Source of the DNA: Candidatus Pampinifervens sinense
GTDB lineage: Bacteria > Aquificota > Aquificia > Aquificales > Aquificaceae
Reading direction: 5' to 3'
Length of the DNA: 64,000 nucleotides
NCBI GenBank assembly: GCA_037927135.1
Contig: JAXSPP010000008.1
Location: 19,281 to 83,280, forward strand
Of the stretch, positions 29,907-41,748 are shown in pieces. How positions within the stretch are numbered: the first letter of the stretch is position 1; every line of letters begins with the position of its first letter. Under the pieces are notes generated by a model, which saw only the letters and a program-made list of their open reading frames with translations, did no database searches and was not told the origin of the DNA. The position numbers and the translations under genes were made by a program.

Positions 29907-31193
29907 ATGGAACAAACCCAAGAGAAAAAGATCTATACCCTTGAAGAGCTTAAAAAGATGTCTTTACAGGAGCTTCAAAAGATAGGGAGAGAGCTTGAGC
30001 TATCCAGGGTAACCGGCCTAAGAAAGGAGGAACTTATAGAGAAGATTTTGAGCGTTCAAGCGAAGGAGGAGGGCCTAAACTTCATTAAGGGTGTGCTTGA
30101 GATCTTGCCAGAAGGTTACGGCTTTATAAGGAGTTTAGAAAACAACTACATGCCTAGCTACACCGATGTGTATGTGGCACCCTCCCAGATCAAAAAGTTC
30201 GGTCTAAGAACTGGAGATACTATAATAGGCTTTGCAAGACCACCGCAGGAGAAGGAGAAGTATCAGGCACTTATTAGGATTGAGTCGGTAAATGGGCTAC
30301 CGCCCGATCCTGAGATTCTCAAATCAAGGCCACAGTTTGAAAAGCTAACACCTTACCATCCAACGGAGCGCTTCAACCTTGAAACATCACCTACAGAGCT
30401 ATCCACCAGGGTAGTAAGCCTTTTGGCACCTATAGGAAAAGGACAGAGGGGTCTTATAGTGGCTCCGCCAAAGGCTGGCAAAACAGTCCTACTTCAAAAG
30501 ATAGCCCAAGCTCTAATCCAAAACCATCCAGAGGTCTATCTCATAATACTTCTCATAGATGAGAGACCAGAAGAAGTGACTGAGATGCGCAGGATTGTGG
30601 GCGATGGTGCGGAAGTGGTAGCCTCTACCTTTGACGAGCCACCAGAGAGGCACATACAGGTGGCAGAGCTTGTGGTAGAAAAGGCAAAGAGGCTTGTGGA
30701 GCTAAAGCATGATGTGGTTATCCTTTTGGACTCCATGACACGTTTTGGAAGGGCTGCCAACGCTGTGACTCCACCCACCGGTAGGGTGCTTACCGGTGGT
30801 ATAGAGGCCACAGCCCTTCAAAGGCCCAAAAAGTTCTTCGGTGCGGCAAGGAACATAGAGGAAGGTGGATCTCTCACCATAATAGCCACAGCCCTCATAG
30901 AGACAGGATCCAAGATGGATGATGTTATATACGAAGAGTTCAAGGGCACGGGCAATATGGAGATACACCTGGACAGAAGGCTCATGGAGAGGAGGATATT
31001 CCCTGCCATAAACATAGAGAAGTCTGGCACAAGAAAAGAGGAGCTACTTTTGGAAGACTGGGAGCTCCAAAGGATTTGGGTCCTAAGGAAGTTCTTGGCC
31101 ACCATGGACCCTATAGAAGCCATGGAGTTCCTCCTTGACAAGCTCAAGAAGTTTAAGACAAACAGGGATTTTCTGAAGGCGATGCACTCGTGA
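29907..31193 (+). CDS. rho: Transcription termination factor Rho
   Basis: [30 protein letters not shown]. Confidence 0.97.
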   Translation: MEQTQEKKIYTLEELKKMSLQELQKIGRELELSRVTGLRKEELIEKILSVQAKEEGLNFIKGVLEILPEGYGFIRSLENNYMPSYTDVYVAPSQIKKFGLRTGDTIIGFARPPQEKEKYQALIRIESVNGLPPDPEILKSRPQFEKLTPYHPTERFNLETSPTELSTRVVSLLAPIGKGQRGLIVAPPKAGKTVLLQKIAQALIQNHPEVYLIILLIDERPEEVTEMRRIVGDGAEVVASTFDEPPERHIQVAELVVEKAKRLVELKHDVVILLDSMTRFGRAANAVTPPTGRVLTGGIEATALQRPKKFFGAARNIEEGGSLTIIATALIETGSKMDDVIYEEFKGTGNMEIHLDRRLMERRIFPAINIEKSGTRKEELLLEDWELQRIWVLRKFLATMDPIEAMEFLLDKLKKFKTNRDFLKAMHS

Positions 31194-32233
31194 TAAACAT
31201 AATTGAGTACCAAAAGAATCTTTCACAAAAGACCTTAAAAAGGGTAAACCTTGTCTTTGGTGAAGAGGAATACCTCGTAAAAACTCTTTTAGACAAACTA
31301 AGAAATCTATACCCTGTTAGCATCATTTGGGGGGATGAAGTATCTTTGCAGGACTTTGAAAGGACCATTACCACTGGAGGAATATTTGGAAAGGAAGAGA
31401 TCCTGTTTGTCTACAAAGCTATGGACCTCTTTGAAGAGATAAAGGATTATAAAAGGTTTTCTTCCTTCCTTAGTAAAGTAAGGGACAAGTTTATCTTCTT
31501 CTATGTTGAGACAAAGCTTACCGATAAGGACCTCCAAAAGGAGCCCTTTTCTACCATAGCAAAGCTTGGAGACATTATAAGCGCCAACAAGCTTGATAGA
31601 AGAAGGATAAGAGAACTTGTAAAAAATAAGCTTCAAAAGGAGGGCATTAGCATAGAGGACTCTGCCCTTGATTACCTCCTTGAGGCCACCTCTTACCAGC
31701 TTATGATTTTAAAAAACGAAACGGACAAGCTTGTACTATATGGAAAGCCCAAGCTAACCCTTGAGGACATAAAGGCCGTGTTGGTGTCAGACCTGGAGAT
31801 GAGCGTTTTTGATTTTGCGGATGGTATATTTCTAAAGGACTATGAGAAGGCCTTGGACTCTTTAAATGCCGTTTTGAGGTCTGGCATGCATCCCCTTCAG
31901 GTCCTTACCCTTTTGACCAATTACGCTTTGAAGCTATACACCGCCAAAAACCTCATAGAAGAAGGGAAAAAGCCAGAGGAGGCCCTAAGCTTGGTGGATG
32001 TAAAGCATCCCTTCCAAGTGCTCAACTTCAAAAGATACCTTGAGAAGAACTCCAAGGAAGAGCTGTTGTCTTTGCTGAGAAGGCTTTACCTTTTGGACAT
32101 AAGCATAAAGGTCTATTTTTCCGATCCAGCCACATCTTTGAGGAACTTTGTGGTAGAATACATGCTAAATGAGGAAGTCGTATATCAGGAGGCAAACGCG
32201 GGAGACCAAGATAGAGCTGAGTCTGAATCTTGA
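31190..32233 (+). CDS. holA: DNA polymerase III delta subunit
   Basis: FGEEEYL, NETDKL, SVFDFAD, HPF features. Confidence 0.8.
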   Translation: MINIIEYQKNLSQKTLKRVNLVFGEEEYLVKTLLDKLRNLYPVSIIWGDEVSLQDFERTITTGGIFGKEEILFVYKAMDLFEEIKDYKRFSSFLSKVRDKFIFFYVETKLTDKDLQKEPFSTIAKLGDIISANKLDRRRIRELVKNKLQKEGISIEDSALDYLLEATSYQLMILKNETDKLVLYGKPKLTLEDIKAVLVSDLEMSVFDFADGIFLKDYEKALDSLNAVLRSGMHPLQVLTLLTNYALKLYTAKNLIEEGKKPEEALSLVDVKHPFQVLNFKRYLEKNSKEELLSLLRRLYLLDISIKVYFSDPATSLRNFVVEYMLNEEVVYQEANAGDQDRAESES

Positions 32234-32747
32234 CGGGGAGGGAAATTACAAGGTAGAGACTCCTGTAGGCTTTCTCACCCATATGGTAGAGACCTTGGCA
32301 AGGCACGCAAGGTTTGACATAGAACTTTATGCGGAGGGAGATGTGCATGTATCCCACCACCACACGGTAGAGGATGTGGGTATTGTACTTGGCAAGGCCT
32401 TTCTTGAAGCCCTTGGAGACAAAAAGGGAATAAACCGCTATGGCTATGCCATAGTGCCTATGGACGAGGCCCTTGTTTTAGCAAGTATAGACCTCTCCGG
32501 AAGACCTCTATTTTTCTATGAAGATCTGGGGCTGAGGGGCAAGATAACAGACTTTGACTTTGAACTCATATGGGAGTTTTTCAAAGGCTTTGCCCTTGAG
32601 AGTAAAAGCACCCTTCATATAAGGGTAATTTCTGGGAAGATACTTCACCATGTGGCTGAGGCCTCTTTTAAAGCCTTTGCCCTTAGCCTAAGGCAGGCTG
32701 TGAGCATAGTAGGAGGTAAGCTTCCCTCTACAAAGGAAAGCCTTTGA
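32169..32747 (+). CDS. hisB: Imidazoleglycerol-phosphate dehydratase
   Basis: RQTRET, HHTVED, PMDEA, HHVAEA. Confidence 0.95.
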   Translation: MRKSYIRRQTRETKIELSLNLDGEGNYKVETPVGFLTHMVETLARHARFDIELYAEGDVHVSHHHTVEDVGIVLGKAFLEALGDKKGINRYGYAIVPMDEALVLASIDLSGRPLFFYEDLGLRGKITDFDFELIWEFFKGFALESKSTLHIRVISGKILHHVAEASFKAFALSLRQAVSIVGGKLPSTKESL

Positions 32748-33842
32748 TCATTCATAGACTATAAAACCATACACATTCATATTCCAAAGTCTTTCAAGTT
32801 CCCTTCTCGCTTCCTCTCTTGTGCTAAAGCTACCATAGATTACTTTAAACATGCCAGATCCTTCTAAAACCTCTACATCTTTTAACCTTAGATCCCTTTC
32901 AAGCTTTTCTTTCCATTTTTCTGCAGATTCTCGGGAAGAAAAAGCCCCAAGCTGGATTTTATATGTTTTGGTCCTTTTCTGATTAAGCTGATATGTTTTT
33001 ATCTCCTGATTCTGTTGGTTTATCTCATTCATTTTTTCCTTTTCTGTTTCCCTAAAAGGTTCCTCTTTCTGTGACTTTTGTTTTTGGATCTCTGCTATAA
33101 GTACCTGGTTTAGAAGTTCATAAGCCTGAGTTTTAAGTTGAGGTACTGTACGCCTATCTTCCAATACCTTCTTTATATAACCCTTGGCTAAAGTGTAGTT
33201 TCCGAGTTTATATTCTATTCTTGCAAGGCTAAAGTTTAAATTGGGGTCATTTATACCATTGTTTATAAGGTTTTGGTATACCTCCTTTGCAGAATTGTAG
33301 TCTCCTTCCAACTCATAGGCTTGGGCAAGCTCCAGCTGTGCATCTATAAACATGGGGTTGTAGGCTACCGCTTTCCTCAGGTTATTTATATACTCACGCC
33401 TGTTGCCGATAGCTTGATGAACCTTTCCAAGATAATAAAAAGCCATATGTTTTTGCGGAAAAGCCTCATCCTGCAAAACTTCTTTAAGCGTGCTTATGGC
33501 CCTTTCATAATCGGCTTGTCTGTAGTAGAGAATGCCAAGGTTTAGCTTAGCCTCCGTAAACCTTTTGTCCACCTCAAGGGTTTTCAAAAAGGCGCTTTCT
33601 GATTTTTTATACTCTTGAACCTCCATATAGGCTAAACCTAAGGCGTTCCACACCTTTGGTTCATTGGGTGCAAGCTGAGAAGCTATAAAAAAGTTGGCTA
33701 TGGCCTCTGAGTAGTTTTTTGCTATATAAGAGGACATACCAAGGTCATAGTGATATTGCCACTTTACCTTTTTTTCCTCTTCCTGTGGTGTGGCACAGGA
33801 AAGAACAAGGGAAAGTAAGAGAAGGAAAATAAGCCTCTTCAT
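32748..33842 (-). CDS. TPR-repeat lipoprotein with C-terminal SPOR domain (PilW/PilF-like N-terminus)
   Basis: Lipobox LSC; several TPRs; YKIQLGAFSS SPOR motif. Confidence 0.8.
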   Translation of the reverse strand: MKRLIFLLLLSLVLSCATPQEEEKKVKWQYHYDLGMSSYIAKNYSEAIANFFIASQLAPNEPKVWNALGLAYMEVQEYKKSESAFLKTLEVDKRFTEAKLNLGILYYRQADYERAISTLKEVLQDEAFPQKHMAFYYLGKVHQAIGNRREYINNLRKAVAYNPMFIDAQLELAQAYELEGDYNSAKEVYQNLINNGINDPNLNFSLARIEYKLGNYTLAKGYIKKVLEDRRTVPQLKTQAYELLNQVLIAEIQKQKSQKEEPFRETEKEKMNEINQQNQEIKTYQLNQKRTKTYKIQLGAFSSRESAEKWKEKLERDLRLKDVEVLEGSGMFKVIYGSFSTREEARRELERLWNMNVYGFIVYE

Positions 33843-34420
33843 TGTTTGATAATGGCACTGCCAAAGACTTTCCTGATTTTGCTGAGTTCCGACTCTATAT
33901 TATCCGTGCGAACGATTAGCCTAACCTTATAAAAGTTGTCCTCCTCCACTACCTTTACACTATAGCCCATTTTCCTTGCCTTCTCCGCCACCTTTTTGGC
34001 ATTGTCTTCTTTGGTAAAAGCACCCACTTGAACTGTATAAGTCCTTATTGGTTTTACTTTATGTTCCTTTTGTGGAACCTCTTTTTCTCCATTTATCTTA
34101 TCTTTACCTCCTTCCGCTTTTGCCACAGATTCCTTACTCGCCTTTTCTTTCTCTTCCCTTATCTTTTTAGCCAAAAGGTCCTCCTTTTCTTCTTGCTTGG
34201 GTGTGGGCTTGGCCTCTTGCTTAGCTTCTTCCTTCTTCACTTCTTGCTTTTCCGTAGGTGGTGTTTGTGTTTGCTGCGTTTGAGGTGATGTGGGCTTTAC
34301 CACCACGGGTGGTGGGCTAACCTGTTCTTCTTTGCTCTTCAACCATTCGTTTAGACCAAGATAGAAGAATATAAGGGCTACAAGTATTCCCAAGAGTATG
34401 ATCAACCTTTCCCTCTTCAC
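33839..34420 (-). CDS. Membrane-anchored SPOR domain protein
   Basis: N-terminal TM, low-complexity linker, YTVQVGAF SPOR motif. Confidence 0.82.
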   Translation of the reverse strand: MKRERLIILLGILVALIFFYLGLNEWLKSKEEQVSPPPVVVKPTSPQTQQTQTPPTEKQEVKKEEAKQEAKPTPKQEEKEDLLAKKIREEKEKASKESVAKAEGGKDKINGEKEVPQKEHKVKPIRTYTVQVGAFTKEDNAKKVAEKARKMGYSVKVVEEDNFYKVRLIVRTDNIESELSKIRKVFGSAIIKQ

Positions 34421-34434
34421 CTTTCTTTCCTCCC

Positions 34435-35376
34435 TTAGTTAATTATAAACCCTCTAAACCACTCTATTGTTTTTTTCAGGCCTTCTTCCAAAGAAGTTTG
34501 TGGCCACCAATTTAGCAACCTCTTTGCCTTACTTATATCTGGACACCTCCTTGGTGGGTCATCAGGCCTTGGGGGAAGAAACTCTATCTTGGATGAGGAC
34601 CCAGTAAGCTCAATGATCTTTTTAGCCAAATCTAACACCCTTATCTCCTCAGGATTTCCCAAGTTTATCACCTCACCTTTTAAGCCATCCTCTACCGAAA
34701 GCCTAAAGAGCCCTTCCACAAGGTCATCTATGTAGCAAAAACTCCTGGTTTGAGATCCATCACCGTATATGGGAAGGCTTTCGCCCTTTAGGGCCTTTTC
34801 TATAAAGGTTGGTATTACCCTTCCATCTCCCCTTCTCATACGAGGACCGTAGGTGTTAAAGATCCTTGCTATCCTCACATCAAGGCCATGCTCTCTACAG
34901 TAAGCCATGCATAGGGCTTCTGAGAACCTCTTTGCCTCATCGTAAACACTCCTTGGTCCTATTGGGTTCACATAGCCCCAATAATCTTCCGGTTGAGGGT
35001 GCACCTGTGCAGTCCCATAAACCTCGGAAGAAGAAGCAAAAACATAACGGGCCCTTTTTAGCTTGGCAAGACCAAGGGTGTTTAGTGTTCCAAGGGAGTC
35101 CACCTTCATGGTGTGTATGGGGTGGTTCATGTAGTCTACTGGAGAGGCAGGACAGGCAAGATGGACCACCAGGTCCACAGGCCCTTCCACATAGATGTAA
35201 TTGACCACATTGTAGTGTATAAAGTGGAAGTTTTTGTTTCCAAAAAGGTGGGCTATGTTGTCTGGACTTCCGGTCAAAAAGTTATCCATACCTATCACAT
35301 AAAAGCCTTCCTTCAAAAACCTTTCGCAGAGGTGTGAGCCTATAAAGCCGGCCACCCCCGTTATCAAAACCCTCAT
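34435..35376 (-). CDS. UDP-glucuronate decarboxylase (UDP-xylose synthase) family SDR
   Basis: [40 protein letters not shown]. Confidence 0.9.
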   Translation of the reverse strand: MRVLITGVAGFIGSHLCERFLKEGFYVIGMDNFLTGSPDNIAHLFGNKNFHFIHYNVVNYIYVEGPVDLVVHLACPASPVDYMNHPIHTMKVDSLGTLNTLGLAKLKRARYVFASSSEVYGTAQVHPQPEDYWGYVNPIGPRSVYDEAKRFSEALCMAYCREHGLDVRIARIFNTYGPRMRRGDGRVIPTFIEKALKGESLPIYGDGSQTRSFCYIDDLVEGLFRLSVEDGLKGEVINLGNPEEIRVLDLAKKIIELTGSSSKIEFLPPRPDDPPRRCPDISKAKRLLNWWPQTSLEEGLKKTIEWFRGFIIN

Positions 35377-36674
35377 CTTCCTGTAGGATAGTATTCAAAG
35401 CCCAAGGCTCTTACATCCTTTGGCTCAAAGATGTTCCTTCCATCTATTATTATGGGAAGCTCCATAAGCTCCTTTACCCTTTTTAGGTCTGCCCTTACAA
35501 ACTCATCCCACTCGGTAAGTATAAGAAGGGCGCTAGCACCTTCCACCGCAGAGTACATATCCTTTGCATAGCTTACCTGCTTGCCTTCTGGGAAGACAAG
35601 CTTGAAGTTTTCCATAGCCTTGGGGTCATAGAGGGAAAGATAGGCACCTTCCCTTAAGAGCATATCCACCACCTTCAAAGATGGTGCCTCCCTTATGTCG
35701 TCCGTGTTCGGCTTAAAGGAAAGGCCCCAGACTGCAAGCCTTTTATCCCGTAAGCTCCAAAGCACATTCTTTACCTTTTCCACAAACTTTACAGGCCTCT
35801 CCTGGTTTATCCTTTCCACCTCCCTCAAGAGCCCAAAGTCAAGGCCATAATCTTGAGCCATCCTTATAAAGGCTTTTACATCCTTTGGAAAGCAAGAGCC
35901 TCCATACCCAATGCCTGCATTGAGAAAGGCCCTACCTATACGCTTATCGTAGCCCATGCCATCGGCCACAAGCTTTACATCCGCACCCACCTTTTCACAA
36001 AGGTCTGCTATCATGTTTATAAAGGATATCTTCATAGCCAAAAAGGAGTTGCTGGCATGCTTTATAAGCTCTGCCGTGGCAGGGTCTGTGTAGATGATAG
36101 GACATTTAAAGTCCTTGTAGAGCTCTTCAAAGATCTCCTTTGCCCTTTGGCTTTCCAAACCTATCACTATACGGTCTGGATTTAAAAAGTCCTCTATGGC
36201 CGATCCCTCTCTCAAAAACTCTGGATTGGAGGCCACATCGTAGGGTATGTTTGGGTCCTTTAGGTATCTTTGCACCGTCTTCTTTATGAGCTTGTGTGTA
36301 TTTACTGGCACCGTGGACTTTTCTATGAGTAGCTTGTAAGATTTCATTATCTTTGCCGTTTCCCTTGCCACCTCTTCTACCTGTGAGAGGTCTGCGGAGC
36401 CATCGGGCCTCTGTGGTGTTCCCACGCATATAAAGATCACATCGGAAAAATCAAGCCCTTCCTTTAGGCTTGTGGTAAAGCTTATCCTCCCCTTCTGGAG
36501 GTTCTCTTTTAGAAGCTCTTCAAGCCCAGGCTCGTAGATGGGCGATTTGCCAGACCTTAGCATTTCCACCTTTTGTGGAACCTTTTCCACCACCATTACC
36601 TCGTGGCCCAAATGGGCAAAACAAACACCCGTAGTAAGCCCTACGTATCCTCCACCCACAACCGTTATCCTCAT
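35373..36674 (-). CDS. ugd: UDP-glucose 6-dehydrogenase
   Basis: [28 protein letters not shown]. Confidence 0.93.
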   Translation of the reverse strand: MRITVVGGGYVGLTTGVCFAHLGHEVMVVEKVPQKVEMLRSGKSPIYEPGLEELLKENLQKGRISFTTSLKEGLDFSDVIFICVGTPQRPDGSADLSQVEEVARETAKIMKSYKLLIEKSTVPVNTHKLIKKTVQRYLKDPNIPYDVASNPEFLREGSAIEDFLNPDRIVIGLESQRAKEIFEELYKDFKCPIIYTDPATAELIKHASNSFLAMKISFINMIADLCEKVGADVKLVADGMGYDKRIGRAFLNAGIGYGGSCFPKDVKAFIRMAQDYGLDFGLLREVERINQERPVKFVEKVKNVLWSLRDKRLAVWGLSFKPNTDDIREAPSLKVVDMLLREGAYLSLYDPKAMENFKLVFPEGKQVSYAKDMYSAVEGASALLILTEWDEFVRADLKRVKELMELPIIIDGRNIFEPKDVRALGFEYYPTGR

Positions 36675-38329
36675 CACATCCTCTCCGGTGCATCTATTCC
36701 TAAGATTTCAAAGGCGGTTTTTAAGGTTATCTCCACCCCCTTAAAAAGGGCAAGCCTTGAAAGCATTGTGTTTTTGTCCTCCACCATTACCCTATGGTGG
36801 TTGTAATAGTGATGGAAGTCCTTAGCAAGGTCCAAGAGGGCGTAGGTGATAAGGTGTGGAGAAAAGGTGCTGAGAACACCTTCATAGACATCCTTCAAAT
36901 AAAGGCATCTTTTCATAAGCCCAAGATCCTCTTGAGAGTTAAGATGCTTTACATAAGGCACAAGGTCCTCCTTGTCCGCATCTATGCCATACCTTTCCTT
37001 TACCTCTCTGAACACTCCCCTCACCCTTGCATGGGCATATTGCACATAAAAGACAGGGTTTTCTGATGTCTTTTTCTTCACAAGGTCTATATCAAAGTCA
37101 AGGGGTGTGTCGCTACTCCTTGTCAAAAAGACAAACCTTACCGCATCTTTTCCTACTTCTTCCAAAAGGTCTTCAAGGGTTATAAACTCGCCCGTCCTTT
37201 TGGACATCCTCACCTCTTGCCCCTCACTTATGAGCCTTACCATCTGCACAAACTCCACTACAAGCCAATCCTCTGGAATGCCAAGGGCCTTCAAGGCCCC
37301 CATTAGTCTTTTCTCATACCCATGGTGATCTGCACCCCAAAGGTTTATAACCTTTTCAAAGCCCCTTTTGAACTTCTCATAATGATAAGCGATGTCTCCA
37401 GCAAAGTAAGTGTAAGATCCATCGGACTTTTTCAAAACTCTATCCTTGTCGTCGCCAAAGGCACTGCTTTTGAACCAAAGGGCTCCATCCTTCTCATACA
37501 CATAGCCCCTCCTTTCTAGCTCCCTTATCACCTCCTCCACCAAACCCTTCTCGTAGAGGCTCCTTTCACTAAACCACACATCAAAGGCCACATCCATACT
37601 ATCAAGGGTCTCTTTTATATCCTCCAGAAGTCTCCTGTAGGCGTATTCTTTGGCTATGTTTATAGCCTCTTCAATAGGCATATGAAGGATCTTCTCTCCA
37701 TAGAAGGCCTTTAGGTCCTTGGCAAACCTTATTACATACTTGCCCTTATAGCCTTCCTCTTCAAAGGACTTTTTTAAGCTTTCTTCCTCCTTCCCAAAAA
37801 GCTCATAGTATCTATAAACCACCGAAAGGCCAAGCATATAGACCTGATTGCCAGCATCGTTTATATAGTATTCCCTTACTACCTTGTGGCCAAACCTTTT
37901 GAGGATTTTGCTTAGCACATCACCCACCACCGCGCCCCTTCCATGTCCCACATGCAAAGGACCAGTAGGGTTGGCGCTTACAAACTCCACCTGCATATAA
38001 AGAGGCCTTTCCACAGGTTCAAAAAAGTAAGAGCTACCCTCCTTAAAAAGCCTTGAAAACTCCTCTTGCAAAAAGCCCTCTTTTAGCCTTATGTTTATAA
38101 AGCCCTTTAGAGCCTCTGCAGAAAAACTTTCGTTGCTGAGCCTTTGAGCTACCTCTTGGGCTATCTCCTGAGGGTTCCTCCTTAAGCTTTTTGCAAGCAG
38201 AAAGGCTACGTTGGTAGCATAGTCTCCATAGCTTTCTTCCCTTGGTGGCTCAAGGCTAAAGCCGTTTATCTCTGTAGAGTATAGGGCTTTTATTGTCTCC
38301 AGCAGGGCTTTTTTTACCTTTTCTTTCAT
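36674..38329 (-). CDS. argS: Arginine--tRNA ligase
   Basis: SANPTGPLHVGH, GADHHGY, MSKRTG, YVQYAHAR, APERM. Confidence 0.97.
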   Translation of the reverse strand: MKEKVKKALLETIKALYSTEINGFSLEPPREESYGDYATNVAFLLAKSLRRNPQEIAQEVAQRLSNESFSAEALKGFINIRLKEGFLQEEFSRLFKEGSSYFFEPVERPLYMQVEFVSANPTGPLHVGHGRGAVVGDVLSKILKRFGHKVVREYYINDAGNQVYMLGLSVVYRYYELFGKEEESLKKSFEEEGYKGKYVIRFAKDLKAFYGEKILHMPIEEAINIAKEYAYRRLLEDIKETLDSMDVAFDVWFSERSLYEKGLVEEVIRELERRGYVYEKDGALWFKSSAFGDDKDRVLKKSDGSYTYFAGDIAYHYEKFKRGFEKVINLWGADHHGYEKRLMGALKALGIPEDWLVVEFVQMVRLISEGQEVRMSKRTGEFITLEDLLEEVGKDAVRFVFLTRSSDTPLDFDIDLVKKKTSENPVFYVQYAHARVRGVFREVKERYGIDADKEDLVPYVKHLNSQEDLGLMKRCLYLKDVYEGVLSTFSPHLITYALLDLAKDFHHYYNHHRVMVEDKNTMLSRLALFKGVEITLKTAFEILGIDAPERM

Positions 38330-38476
38330 TATTAAATATTTTACACACAGAAAACCTTGCTAAAAACTCCAGTGCGTCCCTGTTTAGAAATATGATGGCA
38401 AAAAGCAAGATCAAAATATGCTGAAAATCATATGATTTTTGGGCTATAATTGTTTAACTAAACTCAGGAGGCTGGC

Positions 38477-39634
38477 ATGAAACTGCATGAACATCAAGCA
38501 AAAGAGCTTTTAAAAAAGTATGGCCTCCCTGTGCCAGAAGGAAGGGTAGCCTTTAGCCTTCAAGAAGCTTTGCAGGCGGCGGAAGAGCTTGGTGAGTTTC
38601 CACTTGTGGTAAAGGCTCAGGTGCATTGCGGTGGAAGGGGAAAGGCGGGCGGTGTAAAGCTTGTCAAAAACATGGAGGAGCTACAGCAGGCGGTAGAAAG
38701 TATGCTTGGCAAAGTCCTCAAGACCTTCCAATGTCCCGATGGAAAGCCTGTAAGCAGGGTATGGATAGAGAAGGCAACAAACATAGAAAAAGAATACTAC
38801 CTTTCTATAACCCTTGACAGGTCTGTGTCCAAGCCAGTTTTGATGGCCTCAGCGGAAGGTGGTATGGAGATAGAGGAGGTGGCAAAGGAAAAGCCGGAGG
38901 CCATCCATATGCTCCACATAGACCCAGCCCTTGGCCTCATGCCCTCCCAAGCCAGAAAGATAGCCTTCAAGCTTGGCCTCCCTGTAAATGAGTTTGTAAA
39001 GATAGCTTTGGCCCTCTATAGAGCCTACATAGACCTTGATGCTAGCCTTGTGGAGATAAACCCCCTTGTGCTTACGAAGGAAGGAGGCCTTGTGCTCCTT
39101 GATGCCAAAGTGGAGATAGATGACAATGCCCTCATAAGACACAAGGACCTTGAAGAGCTAGAAGACCTAACCCAGCTTGACCCCCTTGAGGTGGAGGCCA
39201 AAAAGTACAACCTTAACTACATAAAGCTTGATGGCAACATAGGCTGTATGGTAAACGGTGCAGGCCTTGCTATGACCACCATGGATATAATAAAGCTGGC
39301 GGGTGGAAAGCCAGCCAACTTCCTTGATGTGGGTGGTGGTGCCAACGTGGAGCAGATAGCCAACGCCTTTAGGATTCTAATGGCAGACCCCAATGTGAAG
39401 GCTGTTTTCATAAACATCTTTGGTGGAATCCTCAGATGCGACAGGCTTGCCCAGGGCCTAATAGAAGCAGCAAAGATGGTGGAGATAAAAGTTCCTGTGG
39501 TGGTGAGGATGGAAGGGACCAACGTGGAAGAAGGGAGAAGGCTCTTGGCCGAATCGGGCCTAAACTTTATAAACGCAGTGGACATGTGGGATGGAGCAAA
39601 AAAGGCTGTAGAACTTGCTTCAAAAGGAGGTTAA
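38477..39634 (+). CDS. sucC: Succinyl-CoA synthetase beta subunit
   Basis: [37 protein letters not shown]; 385 aa. Confidence 0.9.
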   Translation: MKLHEHQAKELLKKYGLPVPEGRVAFSLQEALQAAEELGEFPLVVKAQVHCGGRGKAGGVKLVKNMEELQQAVESMLGKVLKTFQCPDGKPVSRVWIEKATNIEKEYYLSITLDRSVSKPVLMASAEGGMEIEEVAKEKPEAIHMLHIDPALGLMPSQARKIAFKLGLPVNEFVKIALALYRAYIDLDASLVEINPLVLTKEGGLVLLDAKVEIDDNALIRHKDLEELEDLTQLDPLEVEAKKYNLNYIKLDGNIGCMVNGAGLAMTTMDIIKLAGGKPANFLDVGGGANVEQIANAFRILMADPNVKAVFINIFGGILRCDRLAQGLIEAAKMVEIKVPVVVRMEGTNVEEGRRLLAESGLNFINAVDMWDGAKKAVELASKGG

Positions 39635-39637
39635 GCT

Positions 39638-40519
39638 ATGGCCATACTTGTGGATAAAAACACAAAGGTGGTGGTTCAAGGCATTACGGGAAAAGAAGGG
39701 TCCTTTCACGCGGTCCAATGTAAAGCCTATGGCACCCAAGTGGTGGCAGGAGTGACTCCTGGAAAGGGAGGACAGCAAGTAGAAGGCATACCTGTCTTTA
39801 ACACGGTGGAGGATGCGGTAAGGGAGACTGGTGCCAACTGCTCTTTGATCTTTGTCCCACCAGCCTTTGCTGCCGATGCCATAGTGGAAGCCCTAGATGC
39901 TGGCATTGAGCTAATTGTCTGCATAACGGAAGGCATACCAGTAAGGGACATGATGATGGTAAAGGACTACATGAGAAAGAACTATCCTAATGCCAAGCTC
40001 ATAGGACCCAACTGCCCAGGTGTGATAACTCCCGGTGAGGCAAAGGTGGGCATAATGCCAGGCCATATATTCAAAAGGGGCACTATCGGCATAGTCTCAA
40101 GGAGTGGAACACTGACCTATGAAGCTTCCTATCAGCTTACCCAATACGGCCTTGGCCAATCTACGGCGGTGGGCATTGGTGGAGACCCGGTGCATGGCCT
40201 CTCTCACAAGGATGTGATAGCCATGTTTAACGAAGACCCAGAAACGGAGGCCATTTTGATGATAGGTGAGATAGGTGGAACTGCGGAGGAGGAGGCGGCT
40301 GAGTTTATAAAAGCCCATGTGAAAAAGCCCGTCTTTGCATACATAGCTGGCATTACCGCACCACCGGGAAGGCGTATGGGGCATGCGGGGGCCATAATAA
40401 GCGGAGGAAAGGGAACGGCTCAGGCCAAAATGCAAGCCCTCAGAGAGGCAGGTGTTATCGTCATAGAAAACCCTGCCTTTATTGGCAAAACGGTGGCAGA
40501 AGCCCTTGGCAAGATATGA
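39638..40519 (+). CDS. sucD: Succinyl-CoA synthetase alpha subunit
   Basis: [26 protein letters not shown] phospho-His. Confidence 0.92.
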   Translation: MAILVDKNTKVVVQGITGKEGSFHAVQCKAYGTQVVAGVTPGKGGQQVEGIPVFNTVEDAVRETGANCSLIFVPPAFAADAIVEALDAGIELIVCITEGIPVRDMMMVKDYMRKNYPNAKLIGPNCPGVITPGEAKVGIMPGHIFKRGTIGIVSRSGTLTYEASYQLTQYGLGQSTAVGIGGDPVHGLSHKDVIAMFNEDPETEAILMIGEIGGTAEEEAAEFIKAHVKKPVFAYIAGITAPPGRRMGHAGAIISGGKGTAQAKMQALREAGVIVIENPAFIGKTVAEALGKI

Positions 40520-40592
40520 TTAAGTTTATATTGATAATTTGAAACTATGATATACTTTTAAAACTCCAAACTCTTATGTAGGAGGTGCAAGT

Positions 40593-40811
40593 ATGGCTTT
40601 GAGGACAAAGGTAGACCCAGATACCTGTACTTCATGCGAGCTGTGTTATGATAGAGTGCCAGAGGTTTATAAAAACAGAGGAGATGGTATTGCGGAAGTT
40701 GTAAGCCCTGGACCAGATGGCTGGATGATCGTTCCACCAGAGCTGGAAAACGAGGTAAAAGAGGTTACCGACGAATGTCCCAGCGGTTCTATCATAACGG
40801 AAGAGGTATAA
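40593..40811 (+). CDS. [4Fe-4S] ferredoxin 1
   Basis: CTSCELC...ECP monocluster motif; AGGAGG SD. Confidence 0.92.
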   Translation: MALRTKVDPDTCTSCELCYDRVPEVYKNRGDGIAEVVSPGPDGWMIVPPELENEVKEVTDECPSGSIITEEV

Positions 40812-41005
40812 AGATTGAGGTTGATATAGATACTTGCACCGCATGCCAGCTATGTTATGAAAGACTTCCGGAGGTCTTTGTGGATAGGGGGGACGGCTTC
40901 CCCCTTGTCATTTTAAAGGTTTCCATAGATAAAGTTTGGGATGATCTTCTTCAGGTGATAGAGGATTGTCCGAGCGACTCCATACTCCTGCGTTGGACAG
41001 AGTGA
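40775..41005 (+). CDS. [4Fe-4S] ferredoxin 2 (tandem paralogue; start uncertain, 40775 ATG or 40808 ATA)
   Basis: CTACQLC...DCP; clearly similar to ferredoxin 1. Confidence 0.8.
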   Translation: MSQRFYHNGRGIKIEVDIDTCTACQLCYERLPEVFVDRGDGFPLVILKVSIDKVWDDLLQVIEDCPSDSILLRWTE

Positions 41006-41748
41006 TCTTTTTAGGAACGGCTGGTGGTAGGGCTAGCGTATTTAGATTCTTAAGGAGGTCTGGTGGTTTTCTCCTAGAACTTTCTGGAAATCTTGTGCAT
41101 GTGGATCCGGGTCCCGGTGCCTTTGTATATTTGCATCAACTTGGCATAGACCCAAGGCGCATTGACCTTGTAGTTCTTTCACATATACACCTGGATCATT
41201 CCTCCGATGTGAATGCGGTAATTGAATCTGCTACCGATGGCGGAAAGTTAAGGAATGTAGCCCTTTTTGCTCCAAAGTCTGCCTTTGAAGGAAAAGATAG
41301 AGTAGTTCTTCCCTTTATAAGAGAGAGGCTTACGAAGGAAGGATACTTAGAAGAAGGTTTGGAGCTCTCCTATAAGTCTGTAAGAGTAAAGGCTGTTATG
41401 AGTCATACACACCATGGTGCTGAAACATATGCCTTGCTTTTTAATGATAAAATCCTTTACGTTTCCTGTGCCCTATATGAGGATAGAATGCTTCAAATGT
41501 ATCCAAAAGGTGTAGACCTAATGATAATAAACACCACCCTGTATAGGAAGACTAAGCCTATTGACCATCTTACTGTGGAAGATGCAGAAAGGCTAATAAA
41601 CAACCTAAAACCTAAAAAGGTCATACTTACTCACTTTGGCTACGAGTTTCTTACACAGCACGACCCTAAGAAGGTATCCCAAGAGCTATCCAAGAAGTAC
41701 AATATACCGATAATTGCAGCGGAGGATTTTATGGAGGTAATCATCTAA
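40993..41748 (+). CDS. Metallo-beta-lactamase-fold hydrolase
   Basis: FLGTAGG, DPGPG, SHIHLDH, HL, THF; start approximate. Confidence 0.85.
   Translation: MDRVIFLGTAGGRASVFRFLRRSGGFLLELSGNLVHVDPGPGAFVYLHQLGIDPRRIDLVVLSHIHLDHSSDVNAVIESATDGGKLRNVALFAPKSAFEGKDRVVLPFIRERLTKEGYLEEGLELSYKSVRVKAVMSHTHHGAETYALLFNDKILYVSCALYEDRMLQMYPKGVDLMIINTTLYRKTKPIDHLTVEDAERLINNLKPKKVILTHFGYEFLTQHDPKKVSQELSKKYNIPIIAAEDFMEVII

Noticed and set aside
38477-40519. Citryl-CoA synthetase (ccsAB) assignment
   Set aside because: Lengths and motifs match standard SucC/SucD; not formally excluded without a phylogeny
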